Assembly (NCBI RefSeq): GCF_006345805.1
Contig: NC_042997.1
Coordinates: 165,168,001 to 165,232,000, forward strand
DNA from: Octopus sinensis
Taxonomy: Eukaryota
Direction: 5' to 3'
Length of the DNA stretch: 64,000 bases
The notes beneath the pieces are model-generated. The model had not been told where the DNA came from. It saw nothing but the letters and a program-made list of their open reading frames with translations, and made no database searches. Shown here in pieces: positions 37,895-50,054 of this stretch. Numbering within the stretch: position 1 is the stretch's first letter; each line of letters starts with the position of its first letter. Both the position numbers and the translations under genes were made by a program.

Positions 37895-38220
37895 GGCGAT
37901 AATTCAGTGGTTAGGGCATCGGGCTCAAAATCATGAGATAGTGAGTTCGATTCCCGAACCCAGTTGTGTGTCGTATTCTTGAGCAAGACCGTTTATTTCA
38001 CGTTGCTCCAAGTCCACTCAGCTATAGAAGAGTTGCGACGTCACTGGTACCAAGCTGTATCGGCCTTTGCCTTTCCCTTGGATAACATCGGTGGTATGGA
38101 GAGGGGAGGCTGGTATGCATGGGCAACTGCTGGTCTTCCATAAGTAATCTTGCTCGGACTTGTCCCTCGGAGGGTAACTTTCTAGGTGCCATCCCCTGCT
38201 CATTCATGACTGAAGGAGGT
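37895..38220 (+). mobile_element. tRNA-headed SINE (family C2)
   Basis: CAGTGGTTAGGGCATCGGGCTC..GAGTTCGATTCCCG..CTTGAGCAAGAC..GGATAACATCGGTGG..GGTATGCATGGGCAACTGCTGGTCTTCCA. Confidence 0.8.
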
Positions 38221-39324
38221 CATTGCCCTAATCTCGTGTTAGCTCTAGACCTGCTTTGAGCAGATCTGTACGTTAAAGATGATCCAATTATATTTTTTCA
38301 AATATTGTATATCTTGGACTACGCATCGATCTTGTTCTCAGATAACCTACAAAACCCAGATCATCAAACCAAACTAATACAACACAAGATCTAGTTTTTG
38401 TTGTGATGTAGTGACTTCTGTGCCTCAATGAACCTAAGAACCATGCGAATGGAACGAATGTTCCTCGTTGGCAACCACTCCCCCCTCACATACATGCTGG
38501 ACTGGTCTAGTGGTGGAGGCCAGACTAAAATGGACTGCCTCTTCCCAAAATAAAAATGGGTTTGCGTAAACCCAACATAACTACCTAAAAAAAAAGGGCA
38601 GAGTTACGGAAGCATCTGTGACAATTCAAAACCAAGAAGACTTGAGAAAGGAAGGCTTAAACAGTACCGCAAAATCCGAAGCGAACCTGCAAACGAACAC
38701 TCATTCTGACCACAGTGCAAAATCCAGCTGGACAGAAGCAGAAAAGTCAGCCCAGAATGGAGAAGGGTGGAGAAAGTCGTCAATAACCTATACACCAGAG
38801 CGAGCGAAGAGTTTAAATAAGTAAACTAAAGAAAATAAAATTGCAATTCGTCCTGTTCCAGACGGTAAGGATATTAGCCACTATTTCTCATTAGTTCGTA
38901 TATCGAAGGTATGAAAGCCTTACATAGACCATCCCACTCCACGTTAACAGTTATTTGACTAGAAATTGTTGGTGAAACTAAACAGTGAATCAAACCTGTT
39001 TGACAGACGTCGCGCACAAAGACCTTACTATCTCACTACGGTACTCGTATATAGTCTGTTAAGGTTTAAACAAAAAAGAAATATAGACTAAAGTATTATA
39101 AAGTATAATAAAGGCGTAATAAACAACTAAATAAAATCTGGGGGTTGGGTATGTCATCTTCCAGACATGTCACACTGAGGAATTTGTTTTTTAATCTTTT
39201 GCACTTAGCAAATACATGTCTCTGAACTGGTTTTGTTTCTTTATTATTTTCAATTTATTTAATAGCATTTTTTCCCAGAGAACATTTAATTTAACAACAC
39301 ATTTATTCAGTCTCTCTTTCTAGA

Positions 39325-39840
<516 letters not shown>

Positions 39841-40227
39841 TTGTTTCAAACTGGCTATTGTTTCCCAATTTATTTTGTCATCTAAACATGTCCCACACTT
39901 CGTCTTCTCCCTTCCTTTTCTTTTGTTTCCTCTCGTTCCACTTCCTTTTCCTTAATCTCTATGGAGCCCCAAATTCTCCCATCTTTACTTCGGTTCCTTT
40001 CTCTCTTCTACACCATTACATTAGTTTGCACCGTTCTGGCCTTTTTTTTTTTTTTTGATTCCTATTTCTAACTTTTCGTTCTCTTAACTTTTGCACCCTT
40101 TCTGTCTCTATCTTTTCCTCATTTTTTTTTTTTCTTCCCGCCCTCTGCTTTCGATTATTCAAAGAAATACTTCGTCACTTATCAAACAACTCTGTTGCCT
40201 ATAACTTTCTCTATTCTACCGTCCCGC

Positions 40228-40228
40228 T

Positions 40229-40262
<34 letters not shown>

Positions 40263-40291
40263 TTATCTATCTGTCTCTATCTGTCAGTTTC

Positions 40292-40346
<55 letters not shown>

Positions 40347-40522
40347 GTCTATCAGTGCCTGTCTCATTTCTCTCTTTATCTCTCTATCTCTCTCTCCCTA
40401 TCAGTTCCTATTTCATTTCTCTCTCTCTCTATCTCTCTCTCCCTATCAGTCCCTATTTCATTTCTCTCTCTCTTATCAGTTCCTATTTCATTTCTCTCTT
40501 CTCTCTCTCTCTCTCTCTCTCA

Positions 40523-40553
<31 letters not shown>

Positions 40554-40569
40554 TCTCTCTCTCTCTCTC

Positions 40570-40622
<53 letters not shown>

Positions 40623-40660
40623 GTTCCAATTTCATTTCTCTCTCTCCCTCTCTTTCTTTC
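40228..40660. repeat. (CT)n/(CTAT)n tract with a short repeated unit TCAGTTCCTATTTCATTTCTC
   Basis: Seen directly. Confidence 0.9.
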
Positions 40661-40789
40661 TCCTGCGCTTTCACTCAAAGTTTTATTCGTTTCCACAAAA
40701 ACGAACAAGCCGTCCATTTTTAAAACAGTAAGTTAAGCAACTCCCCGCGAGTAACTTTACCGATTTTATTGAACGCTAGCCATATCATA

Positions 40790-41990
40790 GAGCACGCTAC
40801 CTTATATCAGAGAACATTTGCCTTATACTAGAGAAGAATTTCATTACACTTCTAAATATCTGCCTTACACCACAAACATATCTCGTGCGAGAGAATGAAT
40901 GCTTTATAATAAGTGAATAACTTTCCAATAGGCAACCTTAGCTATTTTACTACAAAATGCCGACCTTAGTATAAAGAACGCCTAGCTTACAAATGTCAGT
41001 ATTATATCTTGGAACATTTGCTTTCTATTACACTATGCCTGCGTTATACTACAGAACGCTTGTACTATACAAGAGAACGCTTGCCTTATGCAACAGAACA
41101 CAAGCCATAAAGTGCAGACATGACTGCTGTATATTAGAGAACGCTTTCTTTTTAAATAGAACACTTTCTTTATACAAAATAACTGCTTTATAATATAGGA
41201 CGCCTCTTCTATATTACAGAATACCAGCTTTATTCTACAGAAAACCTTGCCTTATGCAACAAAAGGTTGTCTACTAATGCCAGCTTTTGTCTGCTCAACT
41301 ACACCTTAAACTTTAGAAAGTATTCTGTATTAGAAAGCGTGTATGCTTTCTAATCCAGGGCATCTCTTTTATATCATAAAGTGACCTTCCGGTTACGAAT
41401 GACCATGCAATTGCACCTAGGAGGTCGCCCTTCGAGGCACAAGTCCGGTTAAAGTTGTTTGTGGAAGACCACCAGTCGCCCATGCATACCAGTATTTCCT
41501 CTCCGCGCTACCGATGTTGTCCAAAGAAAATACAAAAGCTAGTACAGCTTGACAATAATGGTGTCGCAACTCATATCTACACCTGAGTGGACTGGAGCAA
41601 CGCGAAATAAAGTGGCTGGCTAAAAAACATAAACACACAGCCTACAAAACCTCATCATTGTAAGCCTGACTTTCTAAACGCTCAGCCACACACCTTCGCT
41701 GCTTCGCACTATAGAATGCCTATTTTATATCACAGAACTTTGGACTCGGGAACGTTTGTTATACTAGAAACTTCTACCTTATTCTACAGAACACCTTTCA
41801 TACTATGAATTATGGTAGCCATGACTTATAGTGAGAGTTGCTTTATACCACACATCGCTTACCTTATACTTCAGACGCCTGCTTTATACGGCGTACATCC
41901 ATTTTTTACCGCTCAAGTCTTGTCTCTACAGAATGTTTTAGTTATACAAGAATGCGCCAATCACAGAAAATGCCTAACACGTTACAGAAT
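40790..41990. repeat. Degenerate ~21-bp minisatellite (approx. AGAACGCTTGCCTTATACTAC) interrupted by a SINE at ~41380-41700
   Basis: Recurrent AGAAC..TTGC(C/T)TTATA..AC, e.g. 40810, 41053, 41073, 41150, 41240, 41780. Confidence 0.6.
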
Positions 41991-42114
41991 GCTTGGCTTG
42001 TTTTGTTTGCTTTCCTTTGGTTTTGGTTTTGGTTTTCATTCCAGATCGTTCTAGTCTCGGAACAATGTGGCCAATGCGCTATGTCCCAGTTTCCTTTTTA
42101 GTAAAACATGCAAT
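41378..42114. repeat. Left arm of ~730-bp inverted duplication (SINE C2 on minus strand, plus minisatellite and unique sequence)
   Basis: Reverse complement of 43321-44047; ORF 41838(+) and ORF 43302-43592(-) translate almost identically. Confidence 0.9.
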
Positions 42115-42262
42115 GTAAATTTGTTTTGCTGTGGTTAATAATGTAGCACTATAGTACCGGTTATGATACAGCCACAATGACGAGGTGCAAATTGGGAAAA
42201 AATGACATAAATAGTATCTCGGTTTATCATTCTATATATATATATATTAGTTGAAATTTTTA

Positions 42263-42475
42263 TATATAAAAGATGGAGGTAGAAATAACACAGAACTATG
42301 TCTAAGACATTTCAATTAAGAAGAAATTTAATTAAAAAATGATTTAAAATATATTAAAAATATTACTAGTACAATTTTCTTTATATAATTTTTAAAATCT
42401 TTTTTATTAAATTTCTTCTTAAATTGGAATGTTTTAGACTTACTTCTATGCTATTTCCACCTCCATCTTTTATAT
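42263..42475. repeat. AT-rich foldback (~90-bp arms); MITE-like
   Basis: ATATAAAAGATGGAGGTAGAAATA...TTAAGAAGAAATTTAAT versus ATTAAATTTCTTCTTAA...TATTTCCACCTCCATCTTTTATAT. Confidence 0.8.
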
Positions 42476-42637
42476 GTTATATAATTATATATCAGTATAA
42501 ATTGCTCTCAGTATGGTTTTATTACACTTGGCCACTTGAAAAATCATTAAAATGGTTTTATCCTTAGATTTGTATGAATATATATTTTTACGCTTGATAA
42601 AATTACATTCGCTACGATATTATTTTGTTCGTGAAAA

Positions 42638-43210
42638 GGCGGCGAGCTGGCAGAATCGTCAGCACGCTGGATGAAATGCTTAGCGGTATTTCGTCCGCCG
42701 CTACGTTCTGAGTTCAAATTCCGCCGAGGTCGACTTTGCCTTTCATTCTTTCGGGGTCGATTAAATAAGTGCCAGTTACGCACTGGGGTCGATATAATCG
42801 ACTTAATACCTATGTCTGTCCCCTCTATGTTTAGCCCCTTGTGGGTAATAAAGAAATTGGTATTTCGTCTGCCGCTACGTTCTGAGTTCAAATTCTGCCG
42901 AGGTCGACTTTGCTTTCAACCTTTCGGGTCGATTAAATAAGTACCAGTTATGCGCTGGGGTCGATATAATCGACTTAATCTGTTTGTCTGTCCTTGTTTG
43001 TCCCCTCTGTGTTTAGCCCCTTGTGGGTAGTAAAGAAATAGGTATTTCGCCCGTCTCTATGTTCTGGGTTCAAATTCCGCCGAGGTTGACTTTGCTTTTC
43101 ATCCTTTGGGGGTCAGTAAATTGAGTAACAGTTGAGTCCTGGGGTCGATCTAAGCGACTAGCCCCTCCCCCAAAATTTCAGGCATTGTGCCTAGAACAGA
43201 AAAAATTATT
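42638..43210 (+). mobile_element. SINE family A with three tandem internal modules
   Basis: Head GGCGAGCTGGCAGAATCG; the module GGTATTTCG..TTCAAATTC.GCCGAGGTCGACTTTGC.TTTCA.CCTTTCGGGGTCGAT restarts at 42685, 42859 and 43041. Confidence 0.85.
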
Positions 43211-43320
43211 TTGATCGTAAAAGCACGTGACTGAGATAAAAAAAAAATCTGATTTAACTAGCGTAATTGTAGGTATATAACCGTGTAGACATATGTTGTT
43301 CCTATGGGTATGTATGAATA

Positions 43321-44047
43321 ATTACATGTTTTACTAAAAAGGAAACTGGGACATAACGCATTGGCCACATTGTTCCGAGACTAGAACGAAACTGGAATGA
43401 AAACCAAAACCAAAGGAAAGCAAACAAAACAAGCCAAGCATTCTGTAACATGTTAGGCATTTTCTGTGATTGGCGCATTCTTATATAACTAAAACATTCT
43501 GTAGAGACAAGACTTGAGCGGTAAAAAATGGATGTACGCTGTATAAAGCAGGCGTCTGAAGTATAAGGTAAGCGATGTGTGGTATAAAGCAACTCTTACT
43601 ATAAGTCATGGCTACCATAATTCATAGTATGACAAGTGTTCTGCAGAATAAGGTAGAAGTTTCTAGTATAACAAACGTTCCCGAGTCTGAAGTTCTGTGA
43701 TATAAAATAGGCATTCTATAGTGCAAAGCAGTGAAAGTGAGTGGCTCAGCATTTAGAAAGTCAGGCTTACAATGATGAGGTTTTGTAGGCTGTGTGTTTG
43801 TGATTTTGAGCAAGGCACTTTATTTCGCTCCAGTTCCCTCAGCTGTAAATATGAGTTTCGACACCACTGGTGTCAAGCTGTACTAGCTTTTGTATTTTCT
43901 TTGGACAACATCGGTAGCGCGGAGAGGAGATACTGGTATGCATGGGCGACTGCTGGTCTTCCACAAACAACTTTAACCGGACTTGTGTCTCGCAGAGCAA
44001 CCTCCTAGGTGCAATTTCATGGTCATTCGTAACCGAAAGGTCACTTT
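43321..44047. repeat. Right arm of ~730-bp inverted duplication (SINE C2 on plus strand)
   Basis: Reverse complement of 41378-42114. Confidence 0.9.
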
Positions 44048-44509
44048 ACAATATGACAATCATCTACATTTCTCTTATCAGAGTTAATCTAAAAGCATCT
44101 ATAAAAGAGTTATTTAAATCTTAAAGTTTTAAGCAACGTGCGAAATTGAAGAATTTTTGAAATTCGAATGCTGTGTCGGAACATGCTGTTCAGGTGAATG
44201 ATATAATAAGAGGTAAATTTATATGTTTAAAGAGATTATGAAGGTATAGATAATAGTGTTTTAAGATGAATTCAAATGCATAATGGTAAATAGGTTAAAA
44301 TCATATAAACTAATTATTTTGGGAAAAAATTTAAAAGTTGATATCTATGTCTACAAAGAATAATGACATCCGATATGATCTTATTGAGTAATGTTTCTTT
44401 TGTTAGCACAAAGTATATTAATCGCTTCTTTTGCGCATAATTTACAATTTCTAGTGTGTGTGTATTGTATGGTGTGGTTTCCATTATAATAGATCAATTC
44501 AGACTGCAT

Positions 44510-44545
<36 letters not shown>

Positions 44546-44688
44546 ATATATGTATGTATGTATGTATGTATGTATCTATGTATGTATGTATGTATGCATG
44601 TATGTATGCATGTATGTATACACACACATATTATATATAATATATATATATATATGTATATCTATATATGTATATATGTATATATATG

Positions 44689-44732
<44 letters not shown>

Positions 44733-44957
44733 CCACTTTTAGCAGCAACACCCAGCAAAAGAATGCATACGCTTAAGCCTTTTTTCTATACAAAAGACAT
44801 GAGGAATCCTTTTTCCCTTTCTCTCGTCCTCACTTGTGCTGATATATGTCAAACTTATGAAATCGCACTTCAATATATTTTCAGTAAAACTATAATGCGA
44901 AAATATTTATTATGTGAAAAAATATTTTTGTATTTTTATTTCATACGTATGAAAATA

Positions 44958-45120
44958 GGCGTAGGCGTGACTGTGTGGGAAGAAGCTTACTTCCCAACCA
45001 CATGATTCCAGATTCAGTCCCACTGCGCGGGACCTTGGGTTAGTGTCTTCTGTAATCTCAGGTCGACCAAAGCCTTGTGACGGAATTTGCTAGACGGAAA
45101 CTGAAAGAAGCCTGTCGTGT
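44958..45120 (+). mobile_element. SINE family B, 5' half (interrupted)
   Basis: GGCGTAGGCGTGACTGTGTGGGAAGAAGCTTACTTCCCAACCACATG..CAGTCCCACTGCG..GTCGACCAAAGCCTTGTG..GACGGAAACTGAAAGAAGCCTGTCG. Confidence 0.75.
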
Positions 45121-45140
45121 ATAGATATATATATATATCT

Positions 45141-45201
<61 letters not shown>

Positions 45202-45298
45202 ATATATATATATATATGTAATGTATGTATATATGTATGTATGTATGTATGTATGTGTGTATATAATACATACATATATATATATATATATGTATGTA

Positions 45299-46008
45299 AA
45301 TTTAAAATTGAGGATAAAATCTTTATAAGAAAGTATCAGTAGTTAGCGTGGAAAACCTCGTAAGAGAAAAAATCCGTAAATTTTTCCACTTTGAAAATAT
45401 TTATTTATATTATATAGAGGGTACTACTATTCATAGATACCGCACGCTAGGAGGGACCCTTGCGGTCAAAACTACTAAAATAAACAAATTGTACCGAATG
45501 CAAAACTTCAAAGCAAGTCATTTAAAAAAAGAATTTAGTTACATATCACCTGTGATTTCGCAATTAATGCAGAATATGCATTCTATGCTCATCAGTGCAA
45601 CAAACTCAAGACATATAAGAAAAAACATAATATTACAAACCCGACAGCCAACCGTAGAATTCGTCGTAGCATGTACGAATGTTTATCTTTACATATCTAT
45701 GAAAATGGCGGGCTTATTCGCAATGCATTTCGGTGCCAAATTGCTTACTCGGAACAAAAATTCAGTATTGAACTATTCCGGTGAAAAATATGAATTTAAA
45801 ATTGAGGATAAAATCTTTATAAGAAATTATCAGTAGTTAGCGTGGAAAACCTCGTAAGAGAAAAAATTCGTAAATTTTTCCACTTTGAAAATATTTATTT
45901 ATATTATATAGAGGGTACTACTATCCATAGATACCGCACGCTAGGAGGGACCCTTGCGGTCAAAACTACTAAAATAAACAAATTGTACCGAATGCAAAAC
46001 TTCAAAGC

Positions 46009-46009
<1 letters not shown>
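45299..46009 (-). mobile_element. 494-bp hammerhead-bearing unit with ~217-bp terminal redundancy; divergent relative of the 477-bp array unit
   Basis: 45299.. repeats at 45793.. (offset 494). Shares blocks with the reverse complement of the 477 unit: TAGCGTG.AAACCTC, CAC.CTAGGAGGGAC, TTCAAAGCAAG.CATTTAAAAA, TATCAC..GTGATTTC and AAATGGCGGGCTT. Confidence 0.8.
45538..45601 (-). ncRNA. Type I hammerhead ribozyme motif (divergent family)
   Basis: Minus strand: GTTGCA-CTGATGA-GCA..AATGCA(TATTC)TGCATT..TGC-GAAA-TCAC(AG)GTGA-TA-TGTAAC. Stem I extends with GAGTTT/AAATTC. Predicted cleavage after AUA at 45544. Confidence 0.85.
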
Positions 46010-46043
<34 letters not shown>

Positions 46044-46070
46044 TGTATGTATGTATGTATGTATGTATGT

Positions 46071-46287
46071 TTTTGTGCCTGTCTTTATGTCTGTGTTTGT
46101 CCCTCTTCGCCGCTTGACTATTGGTGTCGCTATGTTTATGCGTCCTCATAACTTAGCGGTTCAGTAAAAAGACACTAATAGAATTTTTTAAAAAAAGGCG
46201 TGGGGTCGACTTGTTTGACTAAAACCCTTCAAGGTGCTGCCCCAGTATGGCCGCGGTAACTGAAGCACGTAGAAGGTAAAAGATGAA
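46071..46287 (+). mobile_element. SINE family B, 3' half (continuation of 44958-45120)
   Basis: TGTTTGTCCC..GCTTGAC..CATAACTTAGCGGTTC..GGGGTCGACTTGTTTGACTAAAACCCTTCAAGGTGCTGCCCCAGTATGGCCGC. Confidence 0.75.
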
Positions 46288-46844
46288 TGCGAAGAACAAA
46301 ACTATTTTCTGCCTTATGTTTAAAATTTAAACTTGTTTTATTTATATAAAATTATTTACGTATATAAAAAAATTTGACGCATTTTCAACCTTTTCATGGT
46401 ATTTTTCATATATGTGTGTGCCTGTGTGTGTGTGTAAGAGAATTATTTCAATGAAGCATATACATTTCAGTGAACCTACCTGGTTTCACTATTACTTTGT
46501 CTTACTTTTTGAATACTCCGTTTCCAACGTGAAATGAGGAATATTTTGCTGCTATTTCTAATCCGTTGAGTGACCACTTAGAAGCGACTTCATTGTCAAG
46601 TATAGTATTGGAGGAAGGCGGTGATGGTAGCTTGATATTTATTGGTTCACTCAGAATTCTCAAAATATATCAAACTATACTATGTATACACTATAATGTT
46701 TATATGATGAAAAATAAATGAAGAAAAGTAAACATTCCTTTTTTTAAACAGAAATAGGTACAAATTAATAAACTTCTAAAGTAGAATATGTTTAATTTCT
46801 ATGAAACCAATTTAAAAAACAAATATAATATATATTATATATAT

Positions 46845-46925
<81 letters not shown>

Positions 46926-47075
46926 AATTTATAAATAACGATAATATCTATATTCAAATATCGATCTTATCAAGTGGCCACATGGGAATAAATACCATAC
47001 AAAGGTAATGATTTTTTAAAACTATAAATTACGGTATCTGAGAGATACCACCATGCTGAAATAGCAGTCAAAACC

Positions 47076-47173
<98 letters not shown>

Positions 47174-48084
47174 TGTATTTATGTGCTTATCTGGTATATT
47201 CAACTGAAGAACATAGTTTTATATATATATAATATATATATAATATATATATATATATTCAAATTAACCAACTTCAAAAACAGGATCTGTTTATTCAATA
47301 GATTGTGCAGTATATTGTGCGACATTACAACAGAATTCCGGATTTCTGGAAATTCCGGATAGCTTGAAGCCGGATAGGAGGACCGGTGCTGTATAACCTA
47401 TTTCCATCTGTGTTTATTTAAAAAGTTCTCATTCATAAACACATCTATATTTCTTAGTCCTTGTTGTGTTCTGTACTTTTTAACCGACCGGATGTATGTG
47501 TCAGAATCGTCACTGAAAGGTGTTGTAAGCGATAAAGTTTGTTTTGCTCTGAAATGGTTGTAAACTACATTTTTTAAGCCCTACTCTTTTGCTAACTGTA
47601 CAACCTCAGCCAACTTGTTTAGTTTTTTCCATCAATTTGTATATTTTGTTTTGTTTTGTTCTTTAAGGCCATGAATTTCAATCCCTCATGGAAAAGTACT
47701 ATACATACATACATGCACACATACACACACACATGCGCAGACATACGCGCGCACGTGTATGTGTGGGTGTGAGAGAGAGAGAGTAGTTGTGAAAGAAAGT
47801 ATACAAACTTAAAACCAGTTCAAATATGTTTGAATGATATTTGAACCCGTGAAGGCTTTCGTTACAGTTTGTCATGGACAAAATAATTCTCGCTAGAGAT
47901 AAAAACTTGCTTAAAATATTATAGTCAGCTCAGAGCATTCTCTATCGGACTAGCAACCTCTTAACACGGAAAAAAAACTAATATCCAACTAGGACCGTCC
48001 AAGAACGGTCCGATGAGCGCTATAGTCCAGAATGAAACTAAGAAGAAGAAAGGATTGCAGTATTATAATTAACATATTGGTTTC

Positions 48085-48284
48085 AAATTTTGACACAAGG
48101 CCAGCAATTTAGGGAGAGGGAGTAAGTCGATTATATCGAGCCCAGTGCTCAACCAGTATTTAATTTATCGAAATGATGAAAGGCAAAGTTGACCCCGGTA
48201 AAATTTGAACTCAGCAGGTAAAGACAGACGAAATGCTGCTAAGCATTTTTACCGGCACGGTAACGTTTCTACAAGCTCACCGCT
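48085..48284 (-). mobile_element. SINE family A
   Basis: ATGAAAGGCAAAGTTGACCCCGGTAAAATTTGAACTCAG..GACGAAATGCTGCTAAGCATTT. Confidence 0.75.
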
Positions 48285-48404
48285 TTATTATATGCAAATA
48301 GGAAACAATTTTTAATTACTATTATGGCAGAAACAGCACTAAACTAATGAAAGTGATAATATCAATTCTGTTATTTGGTCATTTATTATTTTATATTTAT
48401 TTCT

Positions 48405-48620
48405 TGATTGCCCACAGGGGGCTAAACATAGATAGGACAAACAAAGGGATTAAGTCGATTACATCGACTCCAGTGCGTAACTGGTACTTATTTAATTGAC
48501 CCCGAAAAGGATGAAAGATAAAGTCAACCACAGTGAAATTTGAACTCAGAGCGTAGCGGCAGACGAAATACCGCTAAGTATTTCGTCCGGCGTGCTAACG
48601 ATTCTGCCAGCTCGCCGCCT
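48405..48620 (-). mobile_element. SINE family A
   Basis: AGTCGATTACATCGAC..ACTGGTACTTATTTAATTGACCCCGAAAGGATGAAAG..TGCTAACGATTCTGCCAGCTCGCC. Confidence 0.85.
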
Positions 48621-49576
48621 TTCGTTATTTGATATTACTCTCTGCCACTGACCGGATGTTTTGCTGTATATTGAGCTCTAACAACAGATTATTGCTATCG
48701 TTGTGACTAGATGGAATCATAAAATGTACATGCTTGTATGTATGTATGTTCTCTTCTTTTATTAAATATTTAAATTCTACCTCTGAAGTAGGAACGGATT
48801 TCTAACAAAAATACAAACGTCCATTGTTGGAATGTAGATATCATAAACAAAGTCACATTTTAAACTTGAAAAAATCCTTGCATATTGTTCTGCGTACAGA
48901 TTGTATTTGTGATGTGCGAGTTATTTGGCTGATTTCTTTTTCTGAAAATCCCAGCTTATCCAGATTGTCGCTTAGGCAATTACTCACAAAAACCAAGTGC
49001 ACCAACTGGTATAAATGTGAATTTGTAATCTAGATATAGCTGCTGGAGGTTTCGAAGCAACTGTCTTAGTTCTCTTTCTCTTTGCTATTCAAAGAGATAT
49101 TTATATCAGTAGGACAGCCGACCTCTATGTTGGTACATACTTTTTCTTGTCTGTCCAAACCAACGATATCCATATTCAAAGCTGAGTTCTTGTGATTCCC
49201 TAATTGAAGTCTGTTGTTCTCCATCTTCAGTGCACTCGAGAACGAGAAAAAAATCAAGTAGCACACACAAAGACTCGATGTTGAAGAATATTATTCAGCT
49301 TCACTCGTAGCACTGAATGCATTCGTTTGACGTCATTGCATTTCACATGACTGGGATAAAGCTCACCATTTTATTTATGTATGTAATGTGTACAAACACA
49401 CATAGACACACACACACATATAAGCAAATAAATACATACATATGTATGCGCATATATACGTATATGTATATAATATATATATATAATATATATATGTGTG
49501 TGTGTGTGTTGTGTGTGTGTGTGTGTTGTGTGTGTTGTGTGTGTGTGTATATATAATATGTATGATATATATATAG

Positions 49577-49615
<39 letters not shown>

Positions 49616-49619
<4 letters not shown>

Positions 49620-49981
49620 AGGGATACCCAAAAGTACCGGAAACGTTCTCTGTGGGACAAGACGTTGTAGTTCAGGCTTCCGCCACTAGAAGCCACTTGA
49701 TGCGACCTACAAGCATCAATCTGCCGACGACCGGTGTCGTCGAATGAAGTCGTACTACCACGTGGTGCGTCTTTGTTTTGCAGTGCTTCTCCCCTGTTTG
49801 TTGATTTTTTGTAATGGCTGAAACGAAGGAACAGCTTGCTCCCTGAAATTCTGTTTTCTTCTGGTGAAGTCACCGATCGAAACAGTTGTCATGCTTCAAA
49901 CAGATTACAAGGACAGTACCGCGAGCAAAACACAAGTTTACGGGTGGCTTCCACGCTTTAGGAATGGTCACTTATCACTTG

Positions 49982-49983
<2 letters not shown>
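49616..49983 (+). mobile_element. Mariner 5' fragment (TIR plus N-terminal HTH), truncated at (GATA)n
   Basis: TIR-like ACGAGGGATACCCAAAAGTACCGGAA; from ATG 49814 MAETKEQL..KFCFLLVKSPIETVVMLQTDYKD..SKTQVYGW..RFRNGHLSLE (one frameshift). Confidence 0.8.

Positions 49984-50052
<69 letters not shown>
49983..50052. repeat. (GATA)n microsatellite
   Basis: Seen directly. Confidence 0.95.

Positions 50053-50054
<2 letters not shown>

Noticed and set aside
47335-47400. TTCCGGA-rich palindromic patch as a MITE terminus
   Set aside because: Too short and degraded; no matching partner end found.
47990-48045. GGACCGT-CCAAGA-ACGGTCC hairpin followed by CCGATGA...GAAAC
   Set aside because: No stem II or stem III pairing, so not a supportable ribozyme.
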